DNA of 64,000 nucleotides from an uncultured Planctomycetales bacterium (GCA_964488935.1 CAZAVF010000001.1:753-64752); one strand, 5' to 3'; numbered from the stretch's first letter, positions 37,653 through 47,188 are shown. Notes: generated from the sequence alone by a model not told the origin. Made by a program: numbers and translations.

Positions 37653-38627
37653 TTAACCGCGCTGCGGGGCCCCGCAATGGATCACGTCCCCCGCCATCAC
37701 TTTCTCCGTCAAGCCTGAATCACGCCTCACCAGCAGTCCGCCGTCGTCTTCTATGTCCACCGCCTCTCCCTCGATCACTCCCCTGGGCAGTATGACCTTG
37801 ACCCTTTTTCCGAGGGTGGAATTAAGCCCGCGCCATTTCCCGGTTATCAGAGCGTGATTGCCCCGGCAAAACTCTATATAATAAGTCTCCATCCTGAAAA
37901 ATATCTCCTGGAGCAGGGCCACGCGGTCCACTTTCATGCCTGCGGCTTCCGTTATCGCGGCCGTGCCGGGCAGGAGTTCCGAGGGGCCGTTATTCACGTT
38001 CAAGCCGACTCCCACCACCACGTAAGCCGCCCCGCCGGCGCCCCGGCCGGCTTCGGTAAGTATACCTCCGGCCTTCCGGACGTCCAGCAGGATATCATTG
38101 GGCCACTTTATCCCGGTAAGGACCCCGGTAACGTTATGAACGGCTTCGGATACGGCTACCGCCGCCAGCAGATTGAGCAGGGAAAAACGCCCCGGTGAGA
38201 ACGACGGGCGCAGCAAGAGGGAAAAATAGATGCCCTTCCCGGCCGGGGAGAACCATGTCCTTCCCGCCCTGCCGCGGCCGGACGACTGGCTCTCCGCCAC
38301 TACCGCCGTGCCCTCCTGAGCGCCTTCGGCGGCCAGACGCGATGCGTCGTCCATAGTGGAAACGGTCTTGTCCAGATAAACTATACGCCTGCCGACCTTG
38401 ACCGTCGCGAGGTTCTTCTCTATCTCTGCGGGAAGCAGACAATCCGGGATAAAGGTCATCTTATAGCCCAGGTGCGGCACGGTCTCTATCCCGTAACCGT
38501 TATCGCGCAGCCGGCGCACCTCTTCCCACAACTCCTCCGCGCCGATGCCCAGCGCCGAAGTAAGTTCTTCCTCCCGGACGAACCGTTCGCGTTCTTTAAG
38601 CAATGTGATTATCTTTTCCCGCAGCAT
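37653..38627 (-). CDS. birA: Bifunctional biotin--[acetyl-CoA-carboxylase] ligase / repressor
   Basis: N-terminal HTH, GRGRAGRTW biotin-binding motif, C-terminal SH3-like domain. Start re-set to MLREKI. Confidence 0.85.
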   Translation of the reverse strand: MLREKIITLLKERERFVREEELTSALGIGAEELWEEVRRLRDNGYGIETVPHLGYKMTFIPDCLLPAEIEKNLATVKVGRRIVYLDKTVSTMDDASRLAAEGAQEGTAVVAESQSSGRGRAGRTWFSPAGKGIYFSLLLRPSFSPGRFSLLNLLAAVAVSEAVHNVTGVLTGIKWPNDILLDVRKAGGILTEAGRGAGGAAYVVVGVGLNVNNGPSELLPGTAAITEAAGMKVDRVALLQEIFFRMETYYIEFCRGNHALITGKWRGLNSTLGKRVKVILPRGVIEGEAVDIEDDGGLLVRRDSGLTEKVMAGDVIHCGAPQRG

Positions 38628-38643
38628 CGTTGTCCCGGAGAAT

Positions 38644-39051
38644 TCAGAAGTGCACCTCCATCGCCTTGAACGGACATATCCGCACGCAGACACCGCAGGC
38701 GATGCATTTATCCTCGTAGAAAATTATCTCCCTGCTCTTCCCATCCGGCAGCAGGGCCCCGGCCGGGCAAAGGGGGACGCAGACACCGCAGTCCGTGCAT
38801 TTTTCCTCGTTCCTCACCACGTCCCGGCTTAAAGGCTGAATCTTCACCCCGCAGGACTTCAGATAATGCAGCCCTTTTTCGAAAGCCTGCTCTTCACCGT
38901 TCAGCTCCAGGACCATCAACCCTTCCTCGTCGGGAGTAACATAAGCCTTCAGGATGTTGAAATTAAGCCCGTAATCCTTGACCAGCTTGAAAACGATCGG
39001 CTGTTCAACCAGTTTACGGGGAAAATGCAGGACCACTTTTCTGGAGATCAT
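38644..39051 (-). CDS. NIL-domain ferredoxin (2x4Fe-4S), COG1900 partner
   Basis: N-terminal NIL domain plus CTDCGVCVPLCP and CIACGVCVRICP clusters. Confidence 0.7.
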   Translation of the reverse strand: MISRKVVLHFPRKLVEQPIVFKLVKDYGLNFNILKAYVTPDEEGLMVLELNGEEQAFEKGLHYLKSCGVKIQPLSRDVVRNEEKCTDCGVCVPLCPAGALLPDGKSREIIFYEDKCIACGVCVRICPFKAMEVHF

Positions 39052-39067
39052 CTTTCCGCTCCTTGCC

Positions 39068-40276
39068 TCACTCTTTCTTGTAAAGCCTCTCGTTGAGCGG
39101 CTTCACCTTGTAGCCGCTCTCGGCCCCCGGCAGCGCCGCCGAAGGCTCGGTAAGGAAAAACTCGCCTTTTTCTATCCTGGTCTTCAGCAGCAGGGCGATC
39201 TTGCGCGCGCGCGCGTAGCTGGAAAGGCTGCCGGTGGGGACGGTCTTGCCGCGCACTTTGATGTTCCCCGAGCGCAATTCGGCGTAACTGACCTCCGCGA
39301 TGACGCGGGACGTCCTTTGCGGATAATCGCGTCCATAGTCCACGACCGGAGCGTATATCTCGGCATCGGTCACAGCAGCCCGCCCGGCCACCTCCTCGTC
39401 GAGGACGGGGATGGGCACGCCTATGCCGACGGAAAGCGTGGCCCCGTAACCGGCCATGCTCGTGCCTATCAGCCATTCCGGGCTCATCTGTTTCAGGTCG
39501 CCGATGACCGCAAGCGTACCGCCTCCGCCAAGAGGGACCCCGTTCCTGCCGCGTTCGGCGCAGGGATTATGCTGCGTCCCGTGCCAGGCTATGTAGCCGG
39601 TCCCGCCCCCGAGGAAAATACGGGTGCCTATGCCTATGGTACGGTAATAAGGGTCTTTCAGCAGAGGAGAAAGCTGCCCGGCGGAAGAATAATTGGCGTT
39701 GCCGAGCCGCGGCTTGAGCATACCCATATAAGTGAACACGGTCTTGCCTGAGAGATTGACCGCCACGTTATAATTCTGATAACAGTTGCGCATGTTGAAA
39801 AGGACCGCCTCATTGAGGTCCTTGATGTTCAGCAGCGTCTCCAGTTTTTTCCGGGGGTAGCAGTCGGTTCCGTAAGCGCTGCATTCCAGTTTGACGTCTT
39901 TGCCGGCCGCCAGTTCCTGGATCACGTGCCCGCCGCCGTATTTGAATTCCCCGGGGAAGACCTTGTTGCGCGGGTCGTCGTCCGGCACGGCGGTGGCCCC
40001 GAGGAAAACGTCCACGGCGCCGAAAGCGGCATAGACCGGCACGTCGTTGACCGTGCAGCTGCCGCCTCCCAGCTTGATCCTCGGCTTGGAGTGACCGATA
40101 TTGAAATAAACCCCGCTGGAACACATGGGACCGAAAGTGGCGGTGGTGACCACGTCCACTTCCCTGGCGGCCTTCCTGGCGCCTTTTTTCGCCACCAGGT
40201 CTATGATCTCCTCGGCGGTGACCACCACGGCCTCTCCCCTGCCGATCTTACCGTTGATCTCCTTGATAGTCTTCAT
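39068..40276 (-). CDS. COG1900/DUF39 homocysteine-biosynthesis (sulfide-incorporating) enzyme
   Basis: DUF39 core conserved along length. Start re-set to MKTIKEING with GAGGGGAA RBS (track ORF has 38 extra codons). Confidence 0.7.
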   Translation of the reverse strand: MKTIKEINGKIGRGEAVVVTAEEIIDLVAKKGARKAAREVDVVTTATFGPMCSSGVYFNIGHSKPRIKLGGGSCTVNDVPVYAAFGAVDVFLGATAVPDDDPRNKVFPGEFKYGGGHVIQELAAGKDVKLECSAYGTDCYPRKKLETLLNIKDLNEAVLFNMRNCYQNYNVAVNLSGKTVFTYMGMLKPRLGNANYSSAGQLSPLLKDPYYRTIGIGTRIFLGGGTGYIAWHGTQHNPCAERGRNGVPLGGGGTLAVIGDLKQMSPEWLIGTSMAGYGATLSVGIGVPIPVLDEEVAGRAAVTDAEIYAPVVDYGRDYPQRTSRVIAEVSYAELRSGNIKVRGKTVPTGSLSSYARARKIALLLKTRIEKGEFFLTEPSAALPGAESGYKVKPLNERLYKKE

Positions 40277-40296
40277 TTCCCCTCGCTTTGGCCCGT

Positions 40297-40518
40297 TTAA
40301 ACCGAGACCACTTCTTTCACTTCCGGCACTTCCTGTTTCAGGATGCGTTCTATGCCCATTTTCAGGGTGAACTGGCTCATTGCGCAGCATCCGCAGCTGC
40401 CGGTAAGTCTTACCTTCACCACGCCGTCTTCGCCGACCTCCACCAGCTCCACGCTTCCGCCGTCGGCCGCCAGCATGGGCCTGATCTTCTCCAGCACAGC
40501 CTCAACCTTTTCTCTCAT
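40297..40518 (-). CDS. NifU-like Fe-S cluster scaffold domain protein
   Basis: NifU C-terminal domain with CGCC / CxxC pair (LTGSCGCCAMS). Confidence 0.7.
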   Translation of the reverse strand: MREKVEAVLEKIRPMLAADGGSVELVEVGEDGVVKVRLTGSCGCCAMSQFTLKMGIERILKQEVPEVKEVVSV

Positions 40519-40594
40519 CTAATCCTCCCGTATGCCTGACCCGTTTATGTGCGGCTCTATTTTGAACGGTCCGGTCCCGGTCTGCGAAGACGCC

Positions 40595-41494
40595 TCAGGA
40601 CAAATATCTCTCCCCCGTATCCGGGAGGACCGTAACCACCGTTTTTCCCCTGCCGAGCTTTTCGGCCGCTCTCAGGGCGGCCCAGACCGCGGCCCCCGCG
40701 GAGATGCCGGCGAAGATACCTTCGCGCGCCGACAATTCAAGACGGCATGACAAGGCTGCCTCGTCGGTGACCGTGATTATACCGTCTATCAATGAAACAT
40801 CCAACACGGGCGGGATGAACCCCGCGCCTATACCCTGTATTTTATGCGCTCCCGGCTTTCCCCCGGAAAGCACCGGGCTGGCCGCAGGCTCGACCGCGAT
40901 AACCTTAACGCGTGGATTCTCCGCCTTCAAAGCCGCGCCTACGCCTGTCAACGTCCCTCCGGTGCCGACCCCGCAGACAAAAGCGTCGATCCCGCCTGCG
41001 GTATCGCGCAGGATCTCCACGGCGGTGGTCCTGCGATGGGCCTCGGGATTGGCCGGATTACTGAACTGCCTTATGGAATAACTCTTCTTCAAGGAACGGC
41101 CTATTTCCTCCGCCTTATCTATCGCCGCGCGCATGCCGCCTGAAGCCGGCGTAAACACGACTTCCGCCCCGTAACTGTCCAGTATTTCGCGGCGCTGGCG
41201 GCTCATATTCTCCGGCATGACTATAAGACATTTGTATCCGCGTAAAGCGGAAAGCATTGCAAGTCCTATGCCGGTATTGCCGCTGGTGGGCTCGATGATC
41301 GTATAACCGGGCTTGAGCAGACCGCGGCGTTCCGCCTCATTGACTATATTAAGACAAATACGGTCTTTGATGCTGCCGCCGGGATTGCCCCCCTCTATCT
41401 TCACGAAGACGTCGGCGCCGCTCCGCGCGGGCAGAGCGTTCAATTTTACCAGCGGGGTATTGCCTATTAAACAAGAAACGTCCCTAGTGAACAT
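40595..41494 (-). CDS. cysK: Cysteine synthase (O-acetylserine sulfhydrylase)
   Basis: PLP-lysine region SIKDR, TSGNTG, GVGTGGT motifs. Confidence 0.9.
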   Translation of the reverse strand: MFTRDVSCLIGNTPLVKLNALPARSGADVFVKIEGGNPGGSIKDRICLNIVNEAERRGLLKPGYTIIEPTSGNTGIGLAMLSALRGYKCLIVMPENMSRQRREILDSYGAEVVFTPASGGMRAAIDKAEEIGRSLKKSYSIRQFSNPANPEAHRRTTAVEILRDTAGGIDAFVCGVGTGGTLTGVGAALKAENPRVKVIAVEPAASPVLSGGKPGAHKIQGIGAGFIPPVLDVSLIDGIITVTDEAALSCRLELSAREGIFAGISAGAAVWAALRAAEKLGRGKTVVTVLPDTGERYLS

Positions 41495-41516
41495 GGCGTA
41501 TTTTTATGGCGGAGCT

Positions 41517-41960
41517 TCATATCTGATAAACCATCTGCGCTTTATTCTTGCGGTTGAGATTTTCCAGCAGGTCGGCGAAGGTCACGCCGTCGACTATGCG
41601 CAGGGTGGCGCCGGAGACCCTCTGCCAGACGTCCCTGAAAACGCATTTATAGAGATCCCGGCACCCTTTATATCCGTCCTCCACGCAGGCGATCGGTTCC
41701 ACCGGAGAAGCGATGAAACGCACCACCTGGCCCAGGGATATCTCCCCAGGAGTCCTGGCAAGAAGATAACCGCCTACTTTACCCCGGCGGCTTTCGACAA
41801 AACCGCCTTTTTTCAGTTCCAGCAGCACCTGTTCAAGGAACTTGATCGGTATGTCCAGCCTGCCGGCCATATGCTGTATGCTTACCGGTTTATCCCCGTA
41901 ATGGATCGCCAGGTCAAGTATGGCTTTAAGCGCGTAATCGCCTTTGTATGTTATTCTCAT
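41517..41960 (-). CDS. Rrf2 family transcriptional regulator (CymR/IscR-like)
   Basis: Rrf2 wHTH (YALKAILDLA...), 22 nt upstream of cysK. Confidence 0.8.
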   Translation of the reverse strand: MRITYKGDYALKAILDLAIHYGDKPVSIQHMAGRLDIPIKFLEQVLLELKKGGFVESRRGKVGGYLLARTPGEISLGQVVRFIASPVEPIACVEDGYKGCRDLYKCVFRDVWQRVSGATLRIVDGVTFADLLENLNRKNKAQMVYQI

Positions 41961-42029
41961 GACTATAATCCTGATTATAATAGTAGAGTATACCAGGTTA
42001 ATGCCGTTCTGTCAACCCTATTTCCGACA

Positions 42030-42045
42030 TTGGTCCATGGACCAA
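42030..42045. promoter_or_regulatory. Perfect 16-bp palindrome TTGGTCCATGGACCAA upstream of the Rrf2 gene (candidate operator). A second inverted repeat CTGTCT-GA-AGACAG lies at about 42058-42071
   Basis: Seen in sequence about 70-85 nt upstream of the Rrf2 start. Confidence 0.35.
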
Positions 42046-42128
42046 ATCGGCGCGTCACTGTCTGAAGACAGCGGTTTGTTCATGATCTGATACCGAACGG
42101 CGTCTTTAAGGGCGCGGCGACGCAACGA

Positions 42129-43034
42129 TCACAGGGAAAGCAGGTATTTGGCTGCGGAAAGCGCCGCTTTAGCTCCTTCACCGGCGGCGATAACGATCTG
42201 TTTTTCCGGGACATCGGTAACGTCCCCGGCGGAGAACAATCCGGGGATATCCGTTTCATTGGAACAATTGACCTTTATCTCCCCTTTTGTGTTCTTTGAG
42301 ACGGCCGCCGCGAATTCCGAGTTGGGAATGAGCCCTATCTCCACGAAAATCCCCTGCACCGGCAGCATCGACTCTCTACCTTCTGCGGAAAGCCGGATAC
42401 CTTCCACAAAACGACCCCCTCTCACTTCCATTACCGAGGTATTCTTGCGGATCTCCACGTTGCCGGCTCCGGCCAGCCTGTCAATAAGGACCCTGTCGGC
42501 GGTGAACTCCCCGGAAGATTCCACCACGTACACCCTGGAGGCTATGCGCGACATCTGAAGGGCCGCGTCCAGCGCTGAATTGCCGCCGCCGATGACCGCG
42601 ACCTCCCTGCCGGCGAACAAAGGCCCGTCGCAGACCGCGCAATAGGTAAGCCCTCTGCCGAGGAACTCCTTTTCTCCCGGGACCCCCAGCAGACGCGAAC
42701 GTTTCCCCGTCGCGGCGATGACCGCCCGGGAGCTGTAGACATCTCTTTCCCCGGCGACTGTAAACCGGCCGCCGTCCCTCGCGATGGACAGGGCGGTCTC
42801 CGGCTGCACCAGTCTTATGCCGAATTTCTTCAGATGTTCTTCGAACCTCGCGGTCAGGTCCGGCCCGCTGATCACCTGGCATCCGGTGTAATTCTCAATG
42901 CGGCCGCTCCAGGCCGCCTGGCCGCCGATGTCGCGGCTGATCATGATAAAATCAAGACCCTTCCTGGCGGCATAGATGGCGGCAGTTACTCCCGCCGGGC
43001 CTCCCCCTATGATCAAAAGATCCGACTGTTTCAT
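42129..43034 (-). CDS. trxB: Thioredoxin-disulfide reductase
   Basis: GGGPAG FAD motif, redox CAVCDG, GGGNSA NADPH motif. Confidence 0.9.
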   Translation of the reverse strand: MKQSDLLIIGGGPAGVTAAIYAARKGLDFIMISRDIGGQAAWSGRIENYTGCQVISGPDLTARFEEHLKKFGIRLVQPETALSIARDGGRFTVAGERDVYSSRAVIAATGKRSRLLGVPGEKEFLGRGLTYCAVCDGPLFAGREVAVIGGGNSALDAALQMSRIASRVYVVESSGEFTADRVLIDRLAGAGNVEIRKNTSVMEVRGGRFVEGIRLSAEGRESMLPVQGIFVEIGLIPNSEFAAAVSKNTKGEIKVNCSNETDIPGLFSAGDVTDVPEKQIVIAAGEGAKAALSAAKYLLSL

Positions 43035-43055
43035 CGCGCATTCTCCCGCATCCGG

Positions 43056-43292
43056 TCAAACCAGACCCAGCGCATGTTTTATGCGCTCGCGGTCGAACCC
43101 GACGATAAGCTCCCCTTCGATGTCGACGACCGGCACTCCCATCTGGCCGGTCCTCTCCACGATCTCATCCGCAGCAGAGCGGTCGGCGGCAACGTCGATG
43201 TCCTCGAAAACAACGTTGTTCTCCTTAAGGAACTGTTTCAGCCGGATGCAGTAAGGACAGGTGGGGGTGCTGTAAACCTTTACGCTCTTCAT
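43056..43292 (-). CDS. Glutaredoxin-like protein (CPYC)
   Basis: TCPYC active site, 78 aa thioredoxin fold. Confidence 0.7.
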   Translation of the reverse strand: MKSVKVYSTPTCPYCIRLKQFLKENNVVFEDIDVAADRSAADEIVERTGQMGVPVVDIEGELIVGFDRERIKHALGLV

Positions 43293-43329
43293 ATATGTCT
43301 CCTTTCCCCGGACCGGAAGGACGCGCGGG

Positions 43330-43794
43330 TCACGCCTTTAGAACGGCCGGCGTCAGATCCACTATACCGGTAACGTTCAACTTGATCATATATTCCGGAT
43401 CCGGCAGCAGGGCTTCGGGATGGGAAGGATGCCCCTTGCGTCCGCCGAGATCGGTTATCAGTCTTTGCGTCAGCCTGGCGGTTATCCTGTTCTCCCATAA
43501 CCGTATGACCTCTTCGGGCAGCCGTTCTTTGAGGATTATTTCCGCCTCCCCTTTCAGGCAATATCCTTTGAACCCGTGCTCCTCGACCGCGGTGACGCTG
43601 AACCTGCCGCTGCGCAGAATATTGCCGTAAGTGCGATTCTTATAAAGATCAAGCAGGTATATCTCCCCCGCGGGGGCGATGACATCCACCACCCCTTTGC
43701 AGGAGGAATGGGGATAACCGTCAGCGTCTATGGAGCAGGCGACGACAAAACTCTGCGCGAGCAAAAAAGAGTGGATTTCTTCCGGTATGATCAT
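43330..43794 (-). CDS. Pyridoxamine 5'-phosphate oxidase-like FMN-binding protein
   Basis: Split-barrel PNPOx-like. Start re-set to MIIPEEI, 7 nt after rubredoxin stop. Confidence 0.55.
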   Translation of the reverse strand: MIIPEEIHSFLLAQSFVVACSIDADGYPHSSCKGVVDVIAPAGEIYLLDLYKNRTYGNILRSGRFSVTAVEEHGFKGYCLKGEAEIILKERLPEEVIRLWENRITARLTQRLITDLGGRKGHPSHPEALLPDPEYMIKLNVTGIVDLTPAVLKA

Positions 43795-43801
43795 AAGCGG
43801 G

Positions 43802-43963
43802 TTATATCTTCTCGAACATATCCTTGCCGACGCCGCATTCGGGACAAACCCAGGTGTCCGGCAGCGCTTCGAACGCCGTCCCCGGCGCGATCCCCGCCGA
43901 AGGGTCACCCTGCTGGGGATCGTATACATAACCGCATACTGTGCAACGGTATTTCTGCATCAT
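43802..43963 (-). CDS. Rubredoxin
   Basis: CTVCGYVYD...CPECG iron-binding pairs. AAAGGAGG RBS before ATGATG. Track ORF extends to an upstream ATG at 43996. Confidence 0.9.
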   Translation of the reverse strand: MMQKYRCTVCGYVYDPQQGDPSAGIAPGTAFEALPDTWVCPECGVGKDMFEKI

Positions 43964-44235
43964 GGCCTCCTTTATATCGCGGTCGATACGGAACATATGA
44001 CCGGTTGAAATTAGGCTCCCGCCGGCTGATCCTTCGACAAAACCCGGCAGTGGGCCTGTCTAGCCGACTGCTACAGTGAGCTTGTCGAACTGCTCAGCAC
44101 AGGCGCCAGCGGCTTCTCTGTTACTTGAACGGAGTTCCTCCGAAGCGGTCCCGCTCTTTGTGCAACGATCGCGTTCCTCTTCGTCCTCATTCCCGGGCTT
44201 CAAAGCCCGGTGGTTTCTGCGCGGGAGAATGATCT
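43964..44235 (-). ncRNA. Structured leader / repeat element copy 2 between flavodiiron-protein gene and rubredoxin gene
   Basis: Contains CCCGGGcuuugaaGCCCGGG hairpin, CUUCGGAGG, and the modules UUCGACAAGCUCACU...UUGUCGAAGGAUCAGCC..GGGAGCC matching copy 1. Confidence 0.45.
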
Positions 44236-45432
44236 TTACTTGCGGGACTCTATAAGTCTGCGCCCGAAATCACGCCCGAAATCACGGCAACTTTCCAGGT
44301 CCTCCGTAGAGGGGCTATACTGGAAGGAAATTCCCGGGCAAACCGGCGGCATGCCGGTCCCGGTCAACATTGTTTCTATTTCCTTCACCGCCCCGCCCGC
44401 CCAGCCGAAAGAACCGAAAACCGCGCTAAGACGGTTCTGCGGTTTTAATCCTTTGAGCAGATACAGGAATCCGGCAAGGTTCGGCAGCATACCGTTGTCG
44501 TGGGTGGATGAACCGAACAGGTATCCTCCGGCTTCCAGCATCCTGCCTATTATCTCCGTGCGGTCGGCCCGGTTTATGTCGAACACCTCCGTCTCCACTC
44601 CCGCCTCCGACAGGCCGGAATAGATCGCGCCGGCCATTTTCCCGGTGCCTCCCCACATGCTTTCATAAACGATCACTGCCCTGGGGACGGAAGAATTCAG
44701 CGCCCAGCGGGCGTAGTTCCCGAGGATCGCGCCCGGGTCGCTGCGCCATATCATCCCGTGGCTGGGAGCGATCATGGAGACCGGCAGGCCGCTTTTCAGA
44801 AGTTCGGCGATCTTGCCGGATACAAGCCGGCTCAAAGGCCAGAGGATATTGGCGTAATATTTGGCGGCCTCGCGCATGAGCAGGCCCTGTTCGGCCTCGT
44901 CCGCGAACCTTCTGCAGCCGGCAAGATGCTGCCCGAAAGCGTCGTTGGAGAAAAGTATTTTCCCATCATCCAGATAAGTGAACATGCTGTCCGGCCAATG
45001 CAGCATGGGAGCTTCTATAAAAGTAAGCGATTTTCTGCCTAAAGAAAGTTTGTCGCCGGTCTTTACGGTCTGGAAAGGCCAGTCCGCGTAATAATGCCTT
45101 AAGAGCCCTTCACGGCATTTTTCAGTACCCAACAGCTTTGCCCGCGGGGCCGCGCGCATCACTTCCGGCAGGGCTCCCGAATGGTCGGTTTCGACGTGGT
45201 TCGCCACGACGTAATCTATCTTCTCCGGAGGCACGACAGCGGAGATATTCTCCAGCAGTTCCCGGGAGAAAGGTCCGAACACTGTGTCTATGAGGGTGAT
45301 CTTGTCGTCTATTATAAGGTAGGAATTATACGTCGTTCCGGCGGAAGTGTTGAAGGTGTGCCCGTGAAAATGCCTTACGCTCCAGTCCACCGCGCCGACC
45401 CAGAACACATCTTTGCTTATTTCGCAACGCAC
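44236..45432 (-). CDS. Flavodiiron protein (rubredoxin:oxygen/NO oxidoreductase, FprA/ROO)
   Basis: Metallo-beta-lactamase-like diiron domain HVETDHSGALPE plus C-terminal flavodoxin domain. GTG start with GGAGG RBS. Confidence 0.85.
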   Translation of the reverse strand: MRCEISKDVFWVGAVDWSVRHFHGHTFNTSAGTTYNSYLIIDDKITLIDTVFGPFSRELLENISAVVPPEKIDYVVANHVETDHSGALPEVMRAAPRAKLLGTEKCREGLLRHYYADWPFQTVKTGDKLSLGRKSLTFIEAPMLHWPDSMFTYLDDGKILFSNDAFGQHLAGCRRFADEAEQGLLMREAAKYYANILWPLSRLVSGKIAELLKSGLPVSMIAPSHGMIWRSDPGAILGNYARWALNSSVPRAVIVYESMWGGTGKMAGAIYSGLSEAGVETEVFDINRADRTEIIGRMLEAGGYLFGSSTHDNGMLPNLAGFLYLLKGLKPQNRLSAVFGSFGWAGGAVKEIETMLTGTGMPPVCPGISFQYSPSTEDLESCRDFGRDFGRRLIESRK

Positions 45433-45671
45433 CCGGCCTCCTGTGGTTCGCTGTTAAATGAAGCTCCGCGGGCTGAAGCCCGCGGTTTCCCAAAGCGGAA
45501 TAATGCGCTGTCCTTCGAAATCTCTGAAGAAGGAAGCGGCCAAATCTCATCCGCGCCATAAATGGCGCGGTTTTCTGGCCGCGCATGTATAAATTCTTTG
45601 AACAGCGCACAGAGAAATCGTGGATCAAAAGGTGTTGCGGGCATTCCCGCCCCCCGGGACCCCGCCGGACA

Positions 45672-46718
45672 TCATTCGCTCACGATGTCCTTGCCGGTCT
45701 CCTGCCCGCGCCAGAATACCAGCCGCTGTCTGGCGTACGCTATATTCTGCTCCTGTTCCGCGTCCTTGCCCGCCCTGGCGAGGAAATCCGAATAGGCGGC
45801 CGAGGCTTCCCTTCCCTTGAACAGCTTGTCGAACACAAGCGCCTTGTTGAAATAAGCGGCGGTGAAGCCGGGATCGATCTTCAGGGCCATGTTGAAATCG
45901 TTAAGGGCGTCCATGTATTTCTCCTGCCGGCGGAAAACGACTCCCCGGTTATTGTAGGCCTTGGCGCATGCCGCGTCCAGTTCTATGGCCCTCGAATAAT
46001 CGGAGATGGCCTTGGCGTATTGTTTAAGACGCAGGAAAACATTGCCGCGGTCGTTATATGCCTGTACGTAAAAATGGTCTATCCTCAGGGCCTCGTTGAA
46101 ATCGGACAGGGCGGAATCAAAGACGCCGAGTTTGAAATAAGCGTTGCCCCGGTTGTCGTAGGCCTCGCTGTAATCCTCGTCCAGCTCTATGGCTGTGCTG
46201 AAATCGCGCGCGGCCTGTTCATACATCCCGGTCTCGAGGTTCACCTTTCCCCTGGCGTTGTATCCCGGGGCGTAAGAGGAATCCATAGCCACCATCTTTT
46301 CACCGTCGGCACCGGCCGATCTGTAGTCTTTCTTGTCCAGGAATATATTGCAGCGTATAAGATACGATTTTATATAAGCGGGGCTGGCCTCTATGGCGGC
46401 ATCCATCTCCTCCAGGGCCGGGTTATAATATTTTTTGTGGAAATAATCCACTCCCTTGAATATGCTCACCGCAGTAGAGGAAGGCACCGCCCCCTGCCGG
46501 ATGTCATCCATTATCTGCAGGTAAAAATCGGCCTCCGGGTCGAACCTGTTGAGATGGTATGCCTGCCGGAATTCGGAGCATGCGGAAGAGAAATCCTCCT
46601 TCATGGCAAAAACCACCCCGCGGTAAATGAATTCTCCTGTCCCCACGGCCGCCAAAGCCGCGTTGGACGCCAACAATACAGCCCCCAGGATAAACATGGA
46701 TATCTTGGTCCGCATCAT
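45672..46718 (-). CDS. Secreted TPR-repeat protein
   Basis: Signal peptide, at least 7 canonical TPR units (AYxNRGxxxxxLxxYxxAIxDxxxAIELDP-like). Confidence 0.75.
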   Translation of the reverse strand: MMRTKISMFILGAVLLASNAALAAVGTGEFIYRGVVFAMKEDFSSACSEFRQAYHLNRFDPEADFYLQIMDDIRQGAVPSSTAVSIFKGVDYFHKKYYNPALEEMDAAIEASPAYIKSYLIRCNIFLDKKDYRSAGADGEKMVAMDSSYAPGYNARGKVNLETGMYEQAARDFSTAIELDEDYSEAYDNRGNAYFKLGVFDSALSDFNEALRIDHFYVQAYNDRGNVFLRLKQYAKAISDYSRAIELDAACAKAYNNRGVVFRRQEKYMDALNDFNMALKIDPGFTAAYFNKALVFDKLFKGREASAAYSDFLARAGKDAEQEQNIAYARQRLVFWRGQETGKDIVSE

Positions 46719-46755
46719 TATACTCCTCCGGATTATAATTGCCGGCGCCGGGGAA

Positions 46756-47157
46756 CTATCCTATGGTCAATACCGCGGAATTCTCCCAGAGCCCGTGTAT
46801 ATTGCAATAAGCGCAGGCGAGCACCGTTCCCGGCTTATCTGTCTTCATCTTTACCCTTACCTCGGGTACGGAATATACTCCGCTGGTATCCGGCCCCTGG
46901 ATAGACGCCCCATGCGCAGGGAATTCGCACCTGGCGGCCTGATACGGGAACTTCTCGCCCTGCGGCAGAAAATACACCTCTATCCAGGCGATATGATGAG
47001 CGGAGGTGTTGGGATGCGGTATCTGTCTGCCTACCGTTACGATTATCTCGAATATCCCGTCTTTGGGCGCCTGGGGAGGCAAATCTATGACCGGGACGTG
47101 TTTCTCGGCTTTCCAATCGGCATCCTGGAACAAATCTTTCATCAAGGTCATCCCCAA
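46756..47157 (-). CDS. Superoxide reductase (neelaredoxin/desulfoferrodoxin centre II type)
   Basis: EKHVP, HPNTSAHHIAW, CNIHGLWE iron ligands. Confidence 0.8.
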   Translation of the reverse strand: MGMTLMKDLFQDADWKAEKHVPVIDLPPQAPKDGIFEIIVTVGRQIPHPNTSAHHIAWIEVYFLPQGEKFPYQAARCEFPAHGASIQGPDTSGVYSVPEVRVKMKTDKPGTVLACAYCNIHGLWENSAVLTIG

Positions 47158-47188
47158 CCCTCCTTTGTGCAGGCGCGTACCAGCGCCG

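Noticed and set aside
43964-43996. N-terminal 11-codon extension of rubredoxin ([12 protein letters not shown]) in the ORF track
   Set aside because: The canonical rubredoxin N-terminus MMQKY has a perfect AAAGGAGG SD. The upstream ATG has none, so the extension is probably not translated (but see finding on leader copy 2).
45585-46904. 439-aa plus-strand ORF
   Set aside because: Antisense to the secreted TPR protein, whose TPR periodicity is unambiguous on the minus strand.
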